The translations under genes and the position numbers were made by a program. From Eledone cirrhosa (Eukaryota): DNA of 64,000 nucleotides. Positions 41,788 to 54,599 of this stretch are shown here, piece by piece. Numbering within the stretch: the stretch's first letter is position 1; every line of letters begins with the position of its first letter. The notes below the pieces were generated by a model, which was not told the DNA's origin, made no database searches, and saw only the letters and a list, made by a program, of their open reading frames with translations. Where the stretch lies: NCBI GenBank assembly GCA_964016885.1, contig OZ024740.1:176700001-176764000 (forward strand). The letters are read 5' to 3'.

Positions 41788-43660
41788 CTTCTTCGTCAAT
41801 TACTCATTCTTTAGAAGGTCGTGGGGGCAGAGTCCTAAACGTCTCCTTCCTGCAGGTCCGACAGGAGTCCCAAGCGTGATCAGCCGAGCTCATGGATCTT
41901 ATCTAACCATCTTGCTAGGCGTCTACCACTGGCTCTCCTGCAGGCTGGTTTGGCCCGTACAATCTGTCCAGGATTCTTCTCTGAGACATTTTAACTTCGT
42001 GCCCGTAATAATGGAGCTGTGGTCTCTCAATTCGGAGACGTAGGGGCTCTAACAGGAGCGATTCTCTGAAAACTGACCTACGTACTCTATTGAGTAACGT
42101 TACTCCAAAGACTCTTCAAAAGAACCCCCTTTCGATCGCTTTTATTCACGATCGTATTGTTTCGGTCATTACACTTTTCTTCTGATTACCCAAGGCTGAA
42201 GCTAGCGCATTACTACACCAGCTCCTGCAATTCTTGCGAACATAACCCCGAGATACTTGAACTTCTCCATCTGGTTCAATGGAACTATATTCAAATGTAG
42301 AGTGCACCACACAGGGTTCCTTGAGAGGAAGTGTGTCTCAGATTTCGCAGCACTGATTTTCATTCCAGCCATGTAGCACTCGTCATCAAACCTATTAAGT
42401 ACATGTCGCAGATCGACTTCTCGTGGATTAAGTAAAACCATGTCGTTTGAAAATTCCACCTTACTGATCCTACACCTGCCACTCGTGATATTATTTCCAT
42501 CCTTGCTGTGTATGTCAATCTTGTTCATAAAAATAATGAACAGGAGAGGTGACCGTATGCCCCTTTGCGAAATCCGACTCTCACATTGAATGGTTTCGAT
42601 CTAGCAACATTTATCTGAACACACATAGTCGGGTATTTATACAGTGACATGAAGGCAACAAGAAGCTGACCATCTAACTCATACTCCTGCTCAACCTTCA
42701 TGAGTAGGTCCCGTGGACCGCGGCCTTTTTAACATTTACAAAGAAAGAATACCTCTATTGGCAGGACTCCCATGATTTCTCAAAAACTGGACGGAGTGTA
42801 ACTATTTTGTCGGCTCTGCTGGGTCCGGGGCGACAACCACACCATTCATCAACTAACCAGACACTTAGCACAGACTTTACTGGGGAGATTTAACAAGGAA
42901 ATAATAGGAGCAATTTCTCTTGTCTCTCTTTTTCAAAATTGGGATTATCAATCCCGATTGACATTGCTTAGGTGCCTTACCAGAGACCAAGACCACCCAA
43001 GTCAACTACAGAATACCATCTCCATTTAAGGCTTTTAACCCCTCGGGCCGAATTTCATCCTCCCCAGTGGCTTTAGCTCTTTGAACTCTTGTGTCCTCAG
43101 CCTCCAACAGATTAGTCATCCCTCCAAGAAGCACCTGGTGTGGTAGAAAATGCTGTTTTGATCGAGTTTAGAAGATTAGCAAAGTATTCCCTCCACCTCG
43201 CGAGGATGCACCTCCCTGAAGAGAGGAGCAAACCATATGCGTTCCTGATAGAATGTGTGGAGGTGGACGTCTTATTTCAAAGTTGGCGGATGGTCTGACC
43301 ATACATTTTATTTACTAATCTGATATCGGATTCCTGCTTAAACCCAAATTCCTCCCGTGCTGTAACTTTGGACACCTTTACTGTGTCTACTGCGATTCTT
43401 CGTGCCTGCTTGTATCACCATTGCATGAAAAACGATGTATTTCCAAGCCAAGCTTTGTAAGCTGCCTTATTTGCCTAAATGGCATCTTTGAGCTCTTGAT
43501 TGATCGAAGGGGTCCTCCTGTCATCCCACCCAGCATCTCAAGCACTTTTCGTCCGTGGCATTTAAAAGCTGAAGTGGACTGCTGCATTTAGGAGGGGGAA
43601 GGAAGTGTCTTGAAAATGTTGCAACATCTGGACGTCCAGCAACTGCCACCACCAAGGAAA
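41788..43660 (-). mobile_element. Decayed RTE-clade LINE (RT and 3' end)
   Basis: SPLLFIIFMNKID, FSNDMVLL, GMKISAAKSE, EKFKYLGV. The 3' end is homologous to 9776-10180 and ends in GAAGAAGA. Confidence 0.8.
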
Positions 43661-43735
43661 ACATTATATATATGTATGTATATATATATATATATATATA
43701 TTGGAAGATGTGTGAAATCCTTGGCACAGTTAGTT

Positions 43736-43847
43736 GAAAAGAATGACTTCACTTATAGTTCTAAACAATTTGATTTCATTTTATAATATTATAATATTAT
43801 AAAATCAAATCAAATTGTTTAGAGATACAAGTGAAGTCATTCTTTTC
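43736..43847. repeat. Imperfect 112-bp palindrome between TA tracts
   Basis: GAAAAGAATGACTTCACTT...AAGTGAAGTCATTCTTTTC with an AT-only centre. Confidence 0.85.
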
Positions 43848-44023
43848 CTTTATATATATATATATATATAAAATTTAATCAGGTACACACCTGTGGTAAT
43901 ACACAATGTATGAAAAAAAAGTAACATTACTCACGAATATATACAGTATATACATTGATAGTCTTACACACTACATACGTGTGTGAGTGTTTGTAAGTAT
44001 ACACTTACACACACACACACACA

Positions 44024-44063
<40 letters not shown>

Positions 44064-44064
44064 A

Positions 44065-44112
<48 letters not shown>

Positions 44113-44954
44113 CTATATATCTATATGCGGTGGGGTGGTTTGTATATTACACAAACGCACACGTGCAGGGATACAGTGAGACATACACACAAACGGACAT
44201 TCATACACACATTATCATTAAGAAGACAATAAGTTCTCGAGTTACAAGACTATTGTATTTCAACATGTTGAAATGAAGAATGAAATATATTTGCACCATG
44301 ACCTCTAGACCCGATTCCGACACACCAACACCATCATCACATCCTATTATACACACGCACACACACACACACGCTCATACAGACACACACAGACACACAC
44401 ACATACGCTCATACACACACACACACATAATCACACACATACATACTCGCTCATACACACACACATAATCACACACACACATACTCGCTCATACACACAC
44501 ACACACACATAATCACACACACACATACTCGCTGATAAACACACACCCACACAAACACTCGCACGCATACACACACACACACAAACACGCACATAACCGT
44601 GTTATTCTTCACTCCTTTATATATATATATACACACACATATATATATATATTCGCGTGTGTGTAAATGTGTGTATGAGCGAGTGCGTGTGTGTGATTAT
44701 GTGTGTGTGTGTGTGTATGAGCGTGTGTGTATGTGTGCGTGTGTATATTTGTGTGTGATGGGGGTATATATACACACAAACACTCCCACGCACACACACA
44801 CACATATTTATATATGCATATAAGTTTATATTATATATATATATTTTCTTTGGTTTGCTTTTATCCTTCTATGTTGTTCACTTGTCCCCCTCGCTTTACG
44901 CGATTTACTGGTCCCAATAACTTTTTTTAGTTATTGCTCGCACCAACCTGAGGT

Positions 44955-45072
44955 ATCTGATTTTGAATGCGATGAAATACTAATGATGGTTGGAAAATCA
45001 CTGACGAAGGACTATTTTTATCATATGTAACCTATGTGCAACCACGCAGTATTCTTCTTTCTTCTAATGTTT
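44955..45072 (+). repeat. Family E module
   Basis: Reverse complement of 14893-15007. Confidence 0.8.
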
Positions 45073-45098
45073 TCTCTCTCTCTCTCTCTATATATATA

Positions 45099-45156
<58 letters not shown>

Positions 45157-45277
45157 AGTGAATATGCGACATTATCGTACGGTGTTGTACAATGAAGATA
45201 GATAGATATTTGTTTAACTCTTTATGTTGTAAGGAGTGTTAATGTGTGTGCATATATACTTGCATACATACATACTT

Positions 45278-45320
<43 letters not shown>

Positions 45321-46084
45321 TACTATCAAATATATATAACGAGGTGGCTTTTGTGTTTTCGCGTGACCTGTTAGAAACAGCAACCAAATTGCTCTCAAAT
45401 TACTCCATTTTGCCTTTAAAACATGAATACCCTGGACAATGTGATCTTTGATTTACTGTGTCGGAAAACTAATACGTGAACGTCACGTCTGAAATGTCTT
45501 TTGATCAAAGAATTGCAATGTGATCATCTAGAACTAAAATACAAAATAAGTGACACAAACACCCACATATAAACAGATTCACTCACACACACATACACAA
45601 ACATGAATATACAAGAAACCAAATACAGTAACCTCCGGCATTTGCGGTTTAAATTTTTTTTATTTATTTCGCATGATAGTCTAAAGTCAGTGGTTGTAAA
45701 AACATTTAATTCTCACTTTTGTCTATTGTAGACGATTTTGCATAGGAATTGAAGCCACACCCTAAATTATTTTTTTCTGTATCTTTAATTCCTTCGTATA
45801 CTTTGGTTGTTACTGTTGTTATCAACACTTTTAAAGTTATTGAAAGATACATTATATACAGTAGAATAGAACATAAAATACATATGGTCCTATGTTCCAG
45901 AATAGAACACATTTGTAAACAGGGTTGCTTAATATGTCCGACATTGTGCTAAAAACTACAGACACTATTTATCTTTATAACCATATCCAGTTCTATAAAC
46001 TGTCATTAGCTTTTTAAGTCTAGAGTATCCCTATAAATATGAGTCAAGAATAAAAAGTCACATGATACATTCCATAAGGATACA

Positions 46085-46157
46085 GGTTCCATAATGGAGT
46101 GGTTATCACGTCTGCTTCAGACGCAGAATGTCGCTAGTTCGAAACCATTAAGAACTA
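46085..46157 (+). pseudogene. tRNA-Val-derived pseudogene, anticodon mutated to CAG
   Basis: GGTTCCATAATGGAGTGGTTATCACGTCTGCTTCAGACGCAGA... with broken T and acceptor stems. Confidence 0.8.
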
Positions 46158-46295
46158 AACTGATCTTTATAAACATATTTAGTTCTATAAATTGTCACAC
46201 TAGGTTTTCTAAAACTAGATTGTACATATAAATATGAGTCAAGATTAAAAATTTCAAAGTCACAAGAAAATTATTCGATAAAAGGGACTGAAATT

Positions 46296-46366
46296 AGTTT
46301 CATAGTTTAGAGTTTATCACATCTGCTTCACACAGAAGGTCACGAGATCGAAACTCGCTGGAGCCT
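46296..46366 (+). pseudogene. tRNA-Val(CAC) pseudogene
   Basis: Degenerate D arm, 2-nt deletion in the anticodon arm, mutated B box. Confidence 0.75.
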
Positions 46367-46756
46367 TGGCTTTGTTTTATTAAATTCGTGTTGTTTTGTG
46401 TTTGTTGAGATTCAGATATTTCTGAATGCTAGTCCTGTAGTATGGCGCAAGTCAGCCCAATTCTAATATAGGATAAACATACACCACTGCACATTAAAAC
46501 GTAGATCAGAAAACTACCAGCATAGGTCGAGTAGATAGTCAGAAGAAATATGTTCTATTCACTCAATAATTTCAATATGTAGTGGTGTACATTTTCCCTA
46601 TGCTAGAATTAGGCTGACTCGCGACACTAAATATAAGTAACCGTCCATTATATTTACATGGTTAATTAACTGCTTCTAAATTTCCACAGCTTTCACTAAA
46701 TTGAAACAAATGTAAATGTGTTTGATGAGACAATATTTGTTTCACCGTGATCGTCT

Positions 46757-46825
46757 GGTCCATGGTGTAGTGGTTATCACATCTGCTTCACACGCAGAAA
46801 GTGGGTTCGAAACTCGCTGGAAACT
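46757..46825 (+). pseudogene. tRNA-Val(CAC) pseudogene in AAC-type flanking context
   Basis: GGTCCATGGTGTAGTGGTTATCACATCTGCTTCACACGCAGAAAGTGGGTTCGAAACTCGC, with small deletions. Confidence 0.75.
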
Positions 46826-46862
46826 ATGTGGTACGTTTTTTTCTTTACTTAGATACATGTTG

Positions 46863-46920
46863 TGTTCCATGGTGTAATGCTTATTACATTTGCTAAACGG
46901 GAAGATGATTGTTGGAACCA
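46863..46920 (+). pseudogene. Deleted tRNA-Val relic
   Basis: GTTCCATGGTGTAATG...TGGAACCA, T arm missing. Confidence 0.6.
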
Positions 46921-47009
46921 CTCATAATATACAATCTTAATAAAATATTTTTTTACATACATCTTTAATATCATCCTTTATTTAAATGCTACTGCTGTTT
47001 TTAAAGCTT

Positions 47010-47185
47010 TGTTTCTACTTTTGGCACAGGCCAGCAATTAACCAGTACATTACTGGTACTTTATTTTATCGACCCCGTAAGGATGAAAGGCAAAGTTAAT
47101 CTCGGCGCCATTTGAACTCAGAATGGCAAGTGGCGTAACTCTATGCGTCAAAGCATAGTGTCCGCCCCTCTACCGATACTGTCAA
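47010..47185 (-). mobile_element. tRNA-derived SINE inserted in the edge of the tRNA cluster
   Basis: Reverse complement of the 2201-type SINE. Confidence 0.9.
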
Positions 47186-47713
47186 TGAAAGATAAATGAC
47201 ACTGGGCAACCAAAACATTTCTTTTGGCTGGATCCTGGAATAATTCAACGGATTCTTAAGTGCTTTGGTCTGCTAAATTCAACAATAATTTCACTTTTCT
47301 ATATCAGGTCCAGTTTTATTTCTAGACCTGATAAAGTAAGGATTTTATTCATACAAGAGGTATATAATAAGAATCAACAAAGAGAGCGTAACACAAAATA
47401 AAACAAAGCACAAATAAAAATTCAAAATTGAAAATGCACATACGAAAAGATTTATTACAATATTTATATTCTACACTAGCTCTTCTAAGCAATGAATGTC
47501 CATATAATTTTAATCTACACTAGCACTTCTAAGCCATGAGTGCCCATATAATTTTAATTTACACTAGCCCTTTTAAGCCATCTCTGTCCATCAGGCTTGT
47601 TTTAGAACAAATATTGCCTCAGCAACGAATTTTACATTTTTTCAATTTCGCTAAATTGAAACAAATCTAAATGTATTTGATAAGACAATTATTCCTTCCC
47701 TCAGTTTGCATCT

Positions 47714-47786
47714 GGTTCCATGGTGTAGTGGTTGTCACCTCTGCGTAACACGCAGTAGGTCGTTAATTCGAAACTCGCTGGATCAA
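47714..47786 (+). pseudogene. tRNA-Val(AAC) pseudogene
   Basis: AAC anticodon retained, with mismatches in the T stem and acceptor stem. Confidence 0.75.
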
Positions 47787-47982
47787 TCCACAGTAGCTCT
47801 TTTAAGTCATGAGTGTCCATATAATTGTAATCTACACTAGCTCTTCTAACACATGAGCGCCCATATAATTTTAATTTACACTAGGTCTTTCAAGCCATCA
47901 GTGTCCATATATTCGTGAATCAATAATACAGATTTAATATCAGTAAATGCGTTTAAAATTATGTGAGAAAGTGACTAGTTTT

Positions 47983-48055
47983 GCTTACATAGTGTAGTGA
48001 TTATCACGCCAGATTCACAAGCAGGAGATCGCGATTCCGAAACTCGCGGCAACCC
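47983..48055 (+). pseudogene. tRNA-Val relic (type 1)
   Basis: GCTTACATAGTGTAGTGATTATCACG...TTCCGAAACTCGC. Confidence 0.7.
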
Positions 48056-48902
48056 TTGTTTCTATTAAAAACAAACTCCTGTTGTGTCACGATTCTGAGA
48101 TGCTTAAATATATTCTCCATCTATCAACTCGGTAGCTTCAATGTGCAGTGGTGTATATTTTATCCTATACTAGAATTGGGCCGACTTGTGCCATACAACA
48201 GTACTAGCATTAGTTGCTAAATATATATAACCGCTAATTAAATTTAGATTGTTAATGAACTGCTTCTAAGTTTCCACAACATGTAAACAAACGATGGCTT
48301 AATACCAAATATTGCCTTACATGTACACTAAATTAGTGAAAATCGTATAAATGTAGATGTTGATTATTAGCCATGGAAATACTACGTTTTGAACGGTTTT
48401 AAATATTTAGCATCTACGTCAAGAACTTTGTTTAACACATATCAGCCTTGTAGTGTGTGTCACATTTGCAAAAAACACGAGGTGATCGCGGATTCGAAAT
48501 TCGCAGTAAACACTCTTAATTTACAATCTGAATAAATAATATATTTATTTACATTTTTTCATATATTGCGTCATTTTAGTTGTCAATGAGGATTGAATAC
48601 TTTTAATGTTATTGAAAAACACATGTTATACAGTAGGTTTGAAAATAAAATATATTTGTTCCTATGTTCCAGAATAGAACATATTTGTAGAAATGATTGC
48701 CTAAATATGTCCGACCATGTGCTAAACAATGACAATCATAATTTAGAAAGAAATTGCTCTTTATAAACATATTTAGTTTGATAATCTACACACAAGCTTT
48801 TTTCTGTGTAGATTGTACATATAAATATTAGTGAACGTGAAATATTTCAAAATCACAAGATACGTATAAAAGAAAGGTATTCGATATCGCGAAAAGGAAA
48901 TT

Positions 48903-48975
48903 GGTTCCATAGTGTAGTGGTTATCACGTCTGCTTCACACGCGGAAGGCCGCGAGTTCGAAACTCGCTGGAGCCT
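48903..48975 (+). tRNA. tRNA-Val-CAC: tRNA-Val(CAC)
   Basis: 73-nt cloverleaf, loop TT-CAC-AC, A and B boxes, T5 run downstream. Confidence 0.85.
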
Positions 48976-48979
48976 TTAT

Positions 48980-49110
48980 TACAATATTTTTAATCTACAG
49001 TAGCTCTTCTAATTCATGAGTACCCATATTATTTTAATCTACACTAGCTCTTCTAAGACATGAGTGCCCATATAATTTTAATTTACACAGGGTCTTTCAA
49101 GCCATCAGTG
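48980..49110 (+). repeat. ~37-bp sub-repeat x3 in each array unit
   Basis: CCCATATAATTTTAATCTACACTAGCTCTTCTAAG-like units, also at 47460-47580 and 47790-47900. Confidence 0.8.
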
Positions 49111-49176
49111 TCAATCAATAATACAGATTAATGTCAGTAAATGGGTTAATCATTATGTGAGAAAGTGACTAGTTTT

Positions 49177-49249
49177 GCTTACATAGTTTAGTGATTACCA
49201 CGCCAGATTCACAAGCAGGAGCTCGCGATTCCGAAACTTTCTGTAATCC
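49177..49249 (+). pseudogene. tRNA-Val relic type 1 (one per array unit)
   Basis: CATAGTTTAGTGATTACCACG...TTCCGAAAC aligns to the Val body, with broken stems. Confidence 0.65.
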
Positions 49250-49741
49250 TTGTTTCAATTAAAAACAAACTCAATTGTGTCATGATCCTTAGATGCTTAA
49301 ATATTTTTCCATCTATCAACACGGTAGCTTCAATGTGCAGTGGTGTATATTTTATCCTATACTAGATTTGGGCCGACTTGTGCCATACAACAGTACTGAA
49401 GTATTTCCTAAATATATATAACCGCTAATGAAGTTTAGATTATTAATGAACTGCTTCCAAATTTCCTCATCATGAAACCAAACGATGGCTTATTACCAAT
49501 TATAGCCTTATTAAACATGTTTACATGTCCAGTAAATTAGTGAAAGATGTATAAATGTAGAGGTAGCTGATTAGCCATGTAAATACTACGTTATGAACGA
49601 TTTTATATATTTAGCATCTACGTCAAGAACTTTGTTTAACGCATGTCAGCCTAGTTTCAGCATTGGTAAAGTATGTAGCAATGGATATTGACATTGGCAA
49701 GGATATGATCTGGAGAAATATCTGAAAAAAAAGGAGTGTCA

Positions 49742-49814
49742 AAGTTCCAGCATGTTTCGAACTCACGACCATCTGCGTGTAGAGCAGATATGATAACCAC
49801 TACACCATGGAACC
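49742..49814 (-). tRNA. tRNA-Val-TAC: tRNA-Val(TAC), weak stems, C at position 33 in this copy
   Basis: Minus strand GGTTCCATGGTGTAGTGGTTATCATATCTGCTCTACACGCAGA... with an A/A mismatch in the T stem and a T8 terminator downstream. Confidence 0.6.
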
Positions 49815-49932
49815 ACAGACTTGTTTTAGAACAATTATTGCCTCAATACATTTACATTTTATCAATTATGCTGAATTGAAACAAATGTAAATGTATTTGA
49901 TAAGACAATGTTTCTTCTTTCATTATTCATCT

Positions 49933-50005
49933 GGTTCCATGGTGTAGTGGTTATCACATCTGCTTAACACGCAGAAGGTCGTGAGTTCGAAACTCGCTGG
50001 AACCT
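49933..50005 (+). tRNA. tRNA-Val-AAC: tRNA-Val(AAC)
   Basis: Complete cloverleaf, loop TT-AAC-AC, T7 terminator ~10 nt downstream. Confidence 0.88.
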
Positions 50006-50314
50006 TCAATTATCTTTTTTTCTTTTACTTCTATTTCATTTTGTGTTGTGTTTGATAGAATCTCACATATTTCTTCTGACTATCTCCTCGACAATTTCTA
50101 TATCCAGTACTGTATATTTTCCCTATCATATGCTGGAACTCTGCTGGCCTGTGTTTTACAAATGTACTTGACGTAGATTCGAGATATTAATAACCAATCA
50201 TTATATAGTATTTATATTGTTAATCAATTGCTTCCAAATTTATACAACTTTCACTAAATTAACAGAAATATAAACGTGCTTCATAATGCAATATATGTTA
50301 GGAAGCAACCGTTT

Positions 50315-50388
50315 GATACAATGTTGTAGTGTGTATCTCATTTGCAAAAAACACGAGATGATCGCGGATTCGAAATTCGCAGCAAACA
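50315..50388 (+). pseudogene. tRNA-Val relic type 2 (one per array unit)
   Basis: TGTAGTGTGTATCTCATTTGC...GATCGCGGATTCGAAATTCGC keeps the T arm but has a degenerate anticodon arm. Confidence 0.6.
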
Positions 50389-50776
50389 CTCTTAATTTAC
50401 AATCTGAATAAATAATATATTTATTTACATTTTTCATATCTTGCGTCATTTTAGTTGTCAATGAGGATTGAATACTTTTAATGTTATTGAAAAACACATG
50501 TTATACAGTAGGTTTGAAAATAAAATATATTTGTTCCTATGTTCCAGAATAGAACATATTTGTAGAAATGATTGCCTAAATATGTCCGACCATGTGCTAA
50601 ACAATGACAATCATAATTTAGAAAGAAATTGCTCTTTATAAACATATTTAGTTTGATAATCTACACGCAAGCTTTTTTCTGTGTAGATTGTACATGTAAG
50701 TATTAGTGAAGTGAAATATATCAAAATCACAAGATACGTATAAAAGAAAGTTATTCGATATCGAGAAAAGGACATT

Positions 50777-50849
50777 GGTTCCATAGTGTAGTGGTTATCA
50801 CGTCTGCTTCACACGCGGAAGGGCGCGAGTTCGAAACTCGCTTGAGCCT
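50777..50849 (+). tRNA. tRNA-Val-CAC: tRNA-Val(CAC), acceptor mismatch
   Basis: 3' acceptor strand TTGAGCC. Confidence 0.75.
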
Positions 50850-51616
50850 TTATTACAATATTTTTAATCTACAGTAGCTCTTCTAATTCATGAGTACCCA
50901 TATAATTTTAATCTACACTAGCTCTTCTAAGACATGAGTGCCCATATAATTTTAATTTACACAGGGTCTTTCAAGCCATCAGTGTCAATCAATAATACAG
51001 ATTAATGTCAGTAAATGCGTTTATAATTATGTGAGAAAGTGACTAGTTTTGCTTACATAGTTTAGTGATTACCACGCCAGATTCACAAGCAGGAGATCGC
51101 GATTCCGAAACTTTCTGTAATCCTTGTTTCAATTAAAAACAAACTCCAGTTGTGTCATGATCCTTAGATGCTTAAATATTTTTCCATCTATCAACACGGT
51201 AGCTTCAATGTGCAGTGGTGTATATTTTATCCTATACTAGATTTGGGCCGACTTGTGCCATACAACAGTACTGAAGTATTTCCTAAATATATATAACCGC
51301 TAATTAAGTTTAGATTGTTAATGAACTGCTTCCAAATTTCCTCATCATGAAACCAAACGATGGCTTATTACCAATTATAGCCTTATTAAACATGTTTACA
51401 TATCCAGTAAATGAGTGAAAGATGTATAAATGTAGAGGTAGCCGATTAGCCATGTAAATACTACGTTATGAACGATTTTATATATTTAGCATCTACGTCA
51501 AGAACTTTGTTTAACGCATGTCAGCCTAGTTTCAGCATTGGTAAAGTATGTAGCAATGGATATTGACATTGGGAAGGATATGATCTGGAGAGATATCTGA
51601 AAAAAAAGGAGTGTCA

Positions 51617-51689
51617 AAGTTCCAGCATGTTTCGAACTCACGACCATCTGCGTGTAAAGCAGATATGATAACCACTACACCATGGAACC
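51617..51689 (-). tRNA. tRNA-Val-TAC: tRNA-Val(TAC)
   Basis: Loop TT-TAC-AC, weak T stem. Confidence 0.65.
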
Positions 51690-51807
51690 ACAGACTTGTT
51701 TTAGAACAAATATTGCCTCAATACGTTTACATTTTATCAATTATGCTGAATTGAAACAAATGTAAATGTATTTGATAAGACAATGTTTCTTCACTCATTC
51801 TTCATCT

Positions 51808-51880
51808 GGTTCCATGGTGTAGTGGTTATCACATCTGCTTAACACGCAGAAGGTCGTGAGTTCGAAACTCGCTGGAACCT
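51808..51880 (+). tRNA. tRNA-Val-AAC: tRNA-Val(AAC)
   Basis: Complete cloverleaf. Confidence 0.88.
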
Positions 51881-52652
51881 TCAATTATCTTTTTTTCTTT
51901 TACTTCTATTTCATTTTGTGTTGTGTTTGATAGAATCTCACATATTTCTTCTGACTATCTCCTCGACAATTTCTATATCCAGTACTGTATATTTTACCTT
52001 ACCTATGCTTGAACTCTGCTGACCTGTGTTTTACAAAAGTACTTGACGTAGATTCGAGATATTAATAACCAATCATTATATAGTATTTATATTGTTAATC
52101 AACTGCTTCCAAATTTATACAACTTTCACTAAATTAACAGAAATATAAACGTGCTTCATAATGCAATATATGTTAGGAAGCAACCGTTTGATACAATGTT
52201 GTAGTGTGTATCTCATTTGCAAAAAACACGAGATGATCGCGGATTCGAAATTCGCAGCAAACACTCTTAATTTACAATCTGAATAAATAATATATTTATT
52301 TACATTTTTCATATCTTGCGTCATTTTAGTTGTCAATGAGGATTGAATACTTTTAATGTTATTGAAAAACACATGTTATACAGTAGGTTTGAAAATAAAA
52401 TATATTTGTTCCTATGTTCCAGAATAGAACATATTTGTAGAAATGATTGCCTAAATATGTCCGACCATGTGCTAAACAATGACAATCATAATTTAGAAAG
52501 AAATTGCTCTTTATAAACATATTTAGTTTGATAATCTACACACAAGCTTTTTTCTGTGTAGATTGTACATATAAATATTAGTGAATGTGAAATATTTCAA
52601 AATCACAAGATACGTATAAAAGAAAGGTATTCAATATCGAGAAAAGGACATT

Positions 52653-52725
52653 GGTTCCATAGTGTAGTGGTTATCACGTCTGCTTCACACGCGGAAGGTC
52701 GCGAGTTCGAAACTCGCTGCAGCCT
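52653..52725 (+). tRNA. tRNA-Val-CAC: tRNA-Val(CAC), acceptor mismatch
   Basis: 3' acceptor strand TGCAGCC. Confidence 0.75.
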
Positions 52726-53491
52726 TTATTACAATATTTATAATCTACAGTAGCTCTTCTAATTCATGAGTACCCATATAATTTTAATCTACACTAGCTC
52801 TTCTAAGACATGTGTGCCCATATAATTTTAATTTACACAGGGTCTTTCAAGCCATCAGTGTCAATCAATAATACAGATTAATGTCAGTAAATGCGTTTAT
52901 AATTATGTGAGAAAGTGACTAGTTTTGCTTACATAGTTTAGTGATTACCACGCCAGATTCACAAGCAGGAGATCGCGATTCCGAAACTTTCTGTAATTCT
53001 TGTTTCAATTAAAAACAAACTCCAGTTGTGTCATGATCCTTAGATGCTTAAATATTTTCCATCTATCAACACGGTGGCTTCAATGTGCAGTGGTGTATAT
53101 TTTATCCTATACTAGATTTGGGCCGACTTGTGCCATACAACAGTACTGAAGTATTTCCTAAATATATATAACCGCTAATTAAGTTTAGATTGTTAATGAA
53201 CTGCTTCCAAATTTCCTCATCATGAAACCAAACGATGGTTTATTACCAAATATAGCCTTATTAAACATGTTTACATGTCCAGTAAATTAGTGAAAGATGT
53301 ATAAATGTAGAGGTAGCTGATTAGCCATGTAAATACTACGTTATGAACGATTTTATATATTTAGCATCTACGTCAAGAACTTTGTTTAACGCATGTCAGC
53401 CTAGTTTCAGCATTGGTAAAGTATGTAGCAATGGATATTGACATTGGCAAGGATATGATCTGGAGAAATATCTGAAAAAAAAGGAGTGTCA

Positions 53492-53564
53492 AAGTTCCAG
53501 CATGTTTCGAACTCACGACCATCTGCGTGTAAAGCAGATATGATAAACACTACACCATGGAACC
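53492..53564 (-). tRNA. tRNA-Val-TAC: tRNA-Val(TAC), D-loop GG mutated
   Basis: D loop AGTGTTTA, probable pseudogene. Confidence 0.55.
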
Positions 53565-53682
53565 ACAGACTTGTTTTAGAACAAATATTGCCTCAATACA
53601 TTTACATTTTATCAATTATGCTGAATTGAAACAAATGTAAATGTATTTGATAAGACAATGTTTCTTCTTTCATTCTTCATCT

Positions 53683-53755
53683 GGTTCCATGGTGTAGTGG
53701 TTATCACATCTGCTTAACAGGCAGAAGGTCGTGAGTTCGAAACTCGCTGGAACCT
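53683..53755 (+). tRNA. tRNA-Val-AAC: tRNA-Val(AAC), position 38 variant
   Basis: Loop TT-AAC-AG. Confidence 0.8.
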
Positions 53756-54526
53756 TCAATTACCTTTTTTTCTTTTACTTCTATTTCATTTTGTGTTGCG
53801 TTTCATAGAATCTCACATATTTCTTCTGACTATCTCCTCGACAATTTCTATATCCAGTACTGTATATTTTACCTTACCTATGCTTGAACTCTGCTGACCT
53901 GTGTTTACAAAAGTAATTGACATAGATTCGAGATATTAATAACCAATCATTATATAGTATTTATATTGTTAATCAACTGCTTCCAAATTTATACAACTTT
54001 CACTAAATTAACAGAAATATAAACGTGCTTCATAATGCAATATATGTTAGGAAGCAACCGTTTGATACAATGTTGTAGTGTGTATCTCATTTGCAAAAAA
54101 CACGAGATGATCGCGGATTCGAAATTCGCAGCAAACACTCTTAATTTACAATCTGAATAAATAATATATTTATTTACATTTTTCATATCTTGCGTCATTT
54201 TAGTTGTCAATGAGGATTGAATACTTTTAATGTTATTGAAAAACACATGTTATACAGTAGGTTTGAAAATAAAATATATTTGTTCCTATGTTCCAGAATA
54301 GAACATATTTGTAGAAATGATTGCCTAAATATGTCCGACCATGTGCTAAACAATGACAATCATAATTTAGAAAGAAATTGCTCTCTATAAACATATTTAG
54401 TTTGATAATCTACACACAAGCTTTTTTCTGTGTAGATTGTACATATAAATATTAGTGAACGTGAAATATTTCAAAATCACAAGATACGTATAAAAGAAAG
54501 GTATTCAATATCGAGAAAAGGACATT

Positions 54527-54599
54527 GGTTCCATAGTGTAGTGGTTATCACGTCTGCTTCACACGCGGAAGGTCGCGAGTTCGAAACTCGCTGCAGCCT
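54527..54599 (+). tRNA. tRNA-Val-CAC: tRNA-Val(CAC), acceptor mismatch
   Basis: 3' acceptor strand TGCAGCC. Confidence 0.75.

Noticed and set aside
44970-45015. GAAA...CTGACGA in family E as a permuted hammerhead
   Set aside because: Stem I register does not fit and there is no stem II, in either this copy or the 14893 copy.
46085-46157. tRNA-Leu(CAG) or a mistranslating Val-to-Leu tRNA
   Set aside because: Acceptor and T stems are broken and there is no long variable arm. It is a Val pseudogene with a point change.
47460-49110. ~37-bp repeats as a CRISPR array
   Set aside because: Head-to-tail minisatellite without unique spacers, no cas genes, eukaryotic context.
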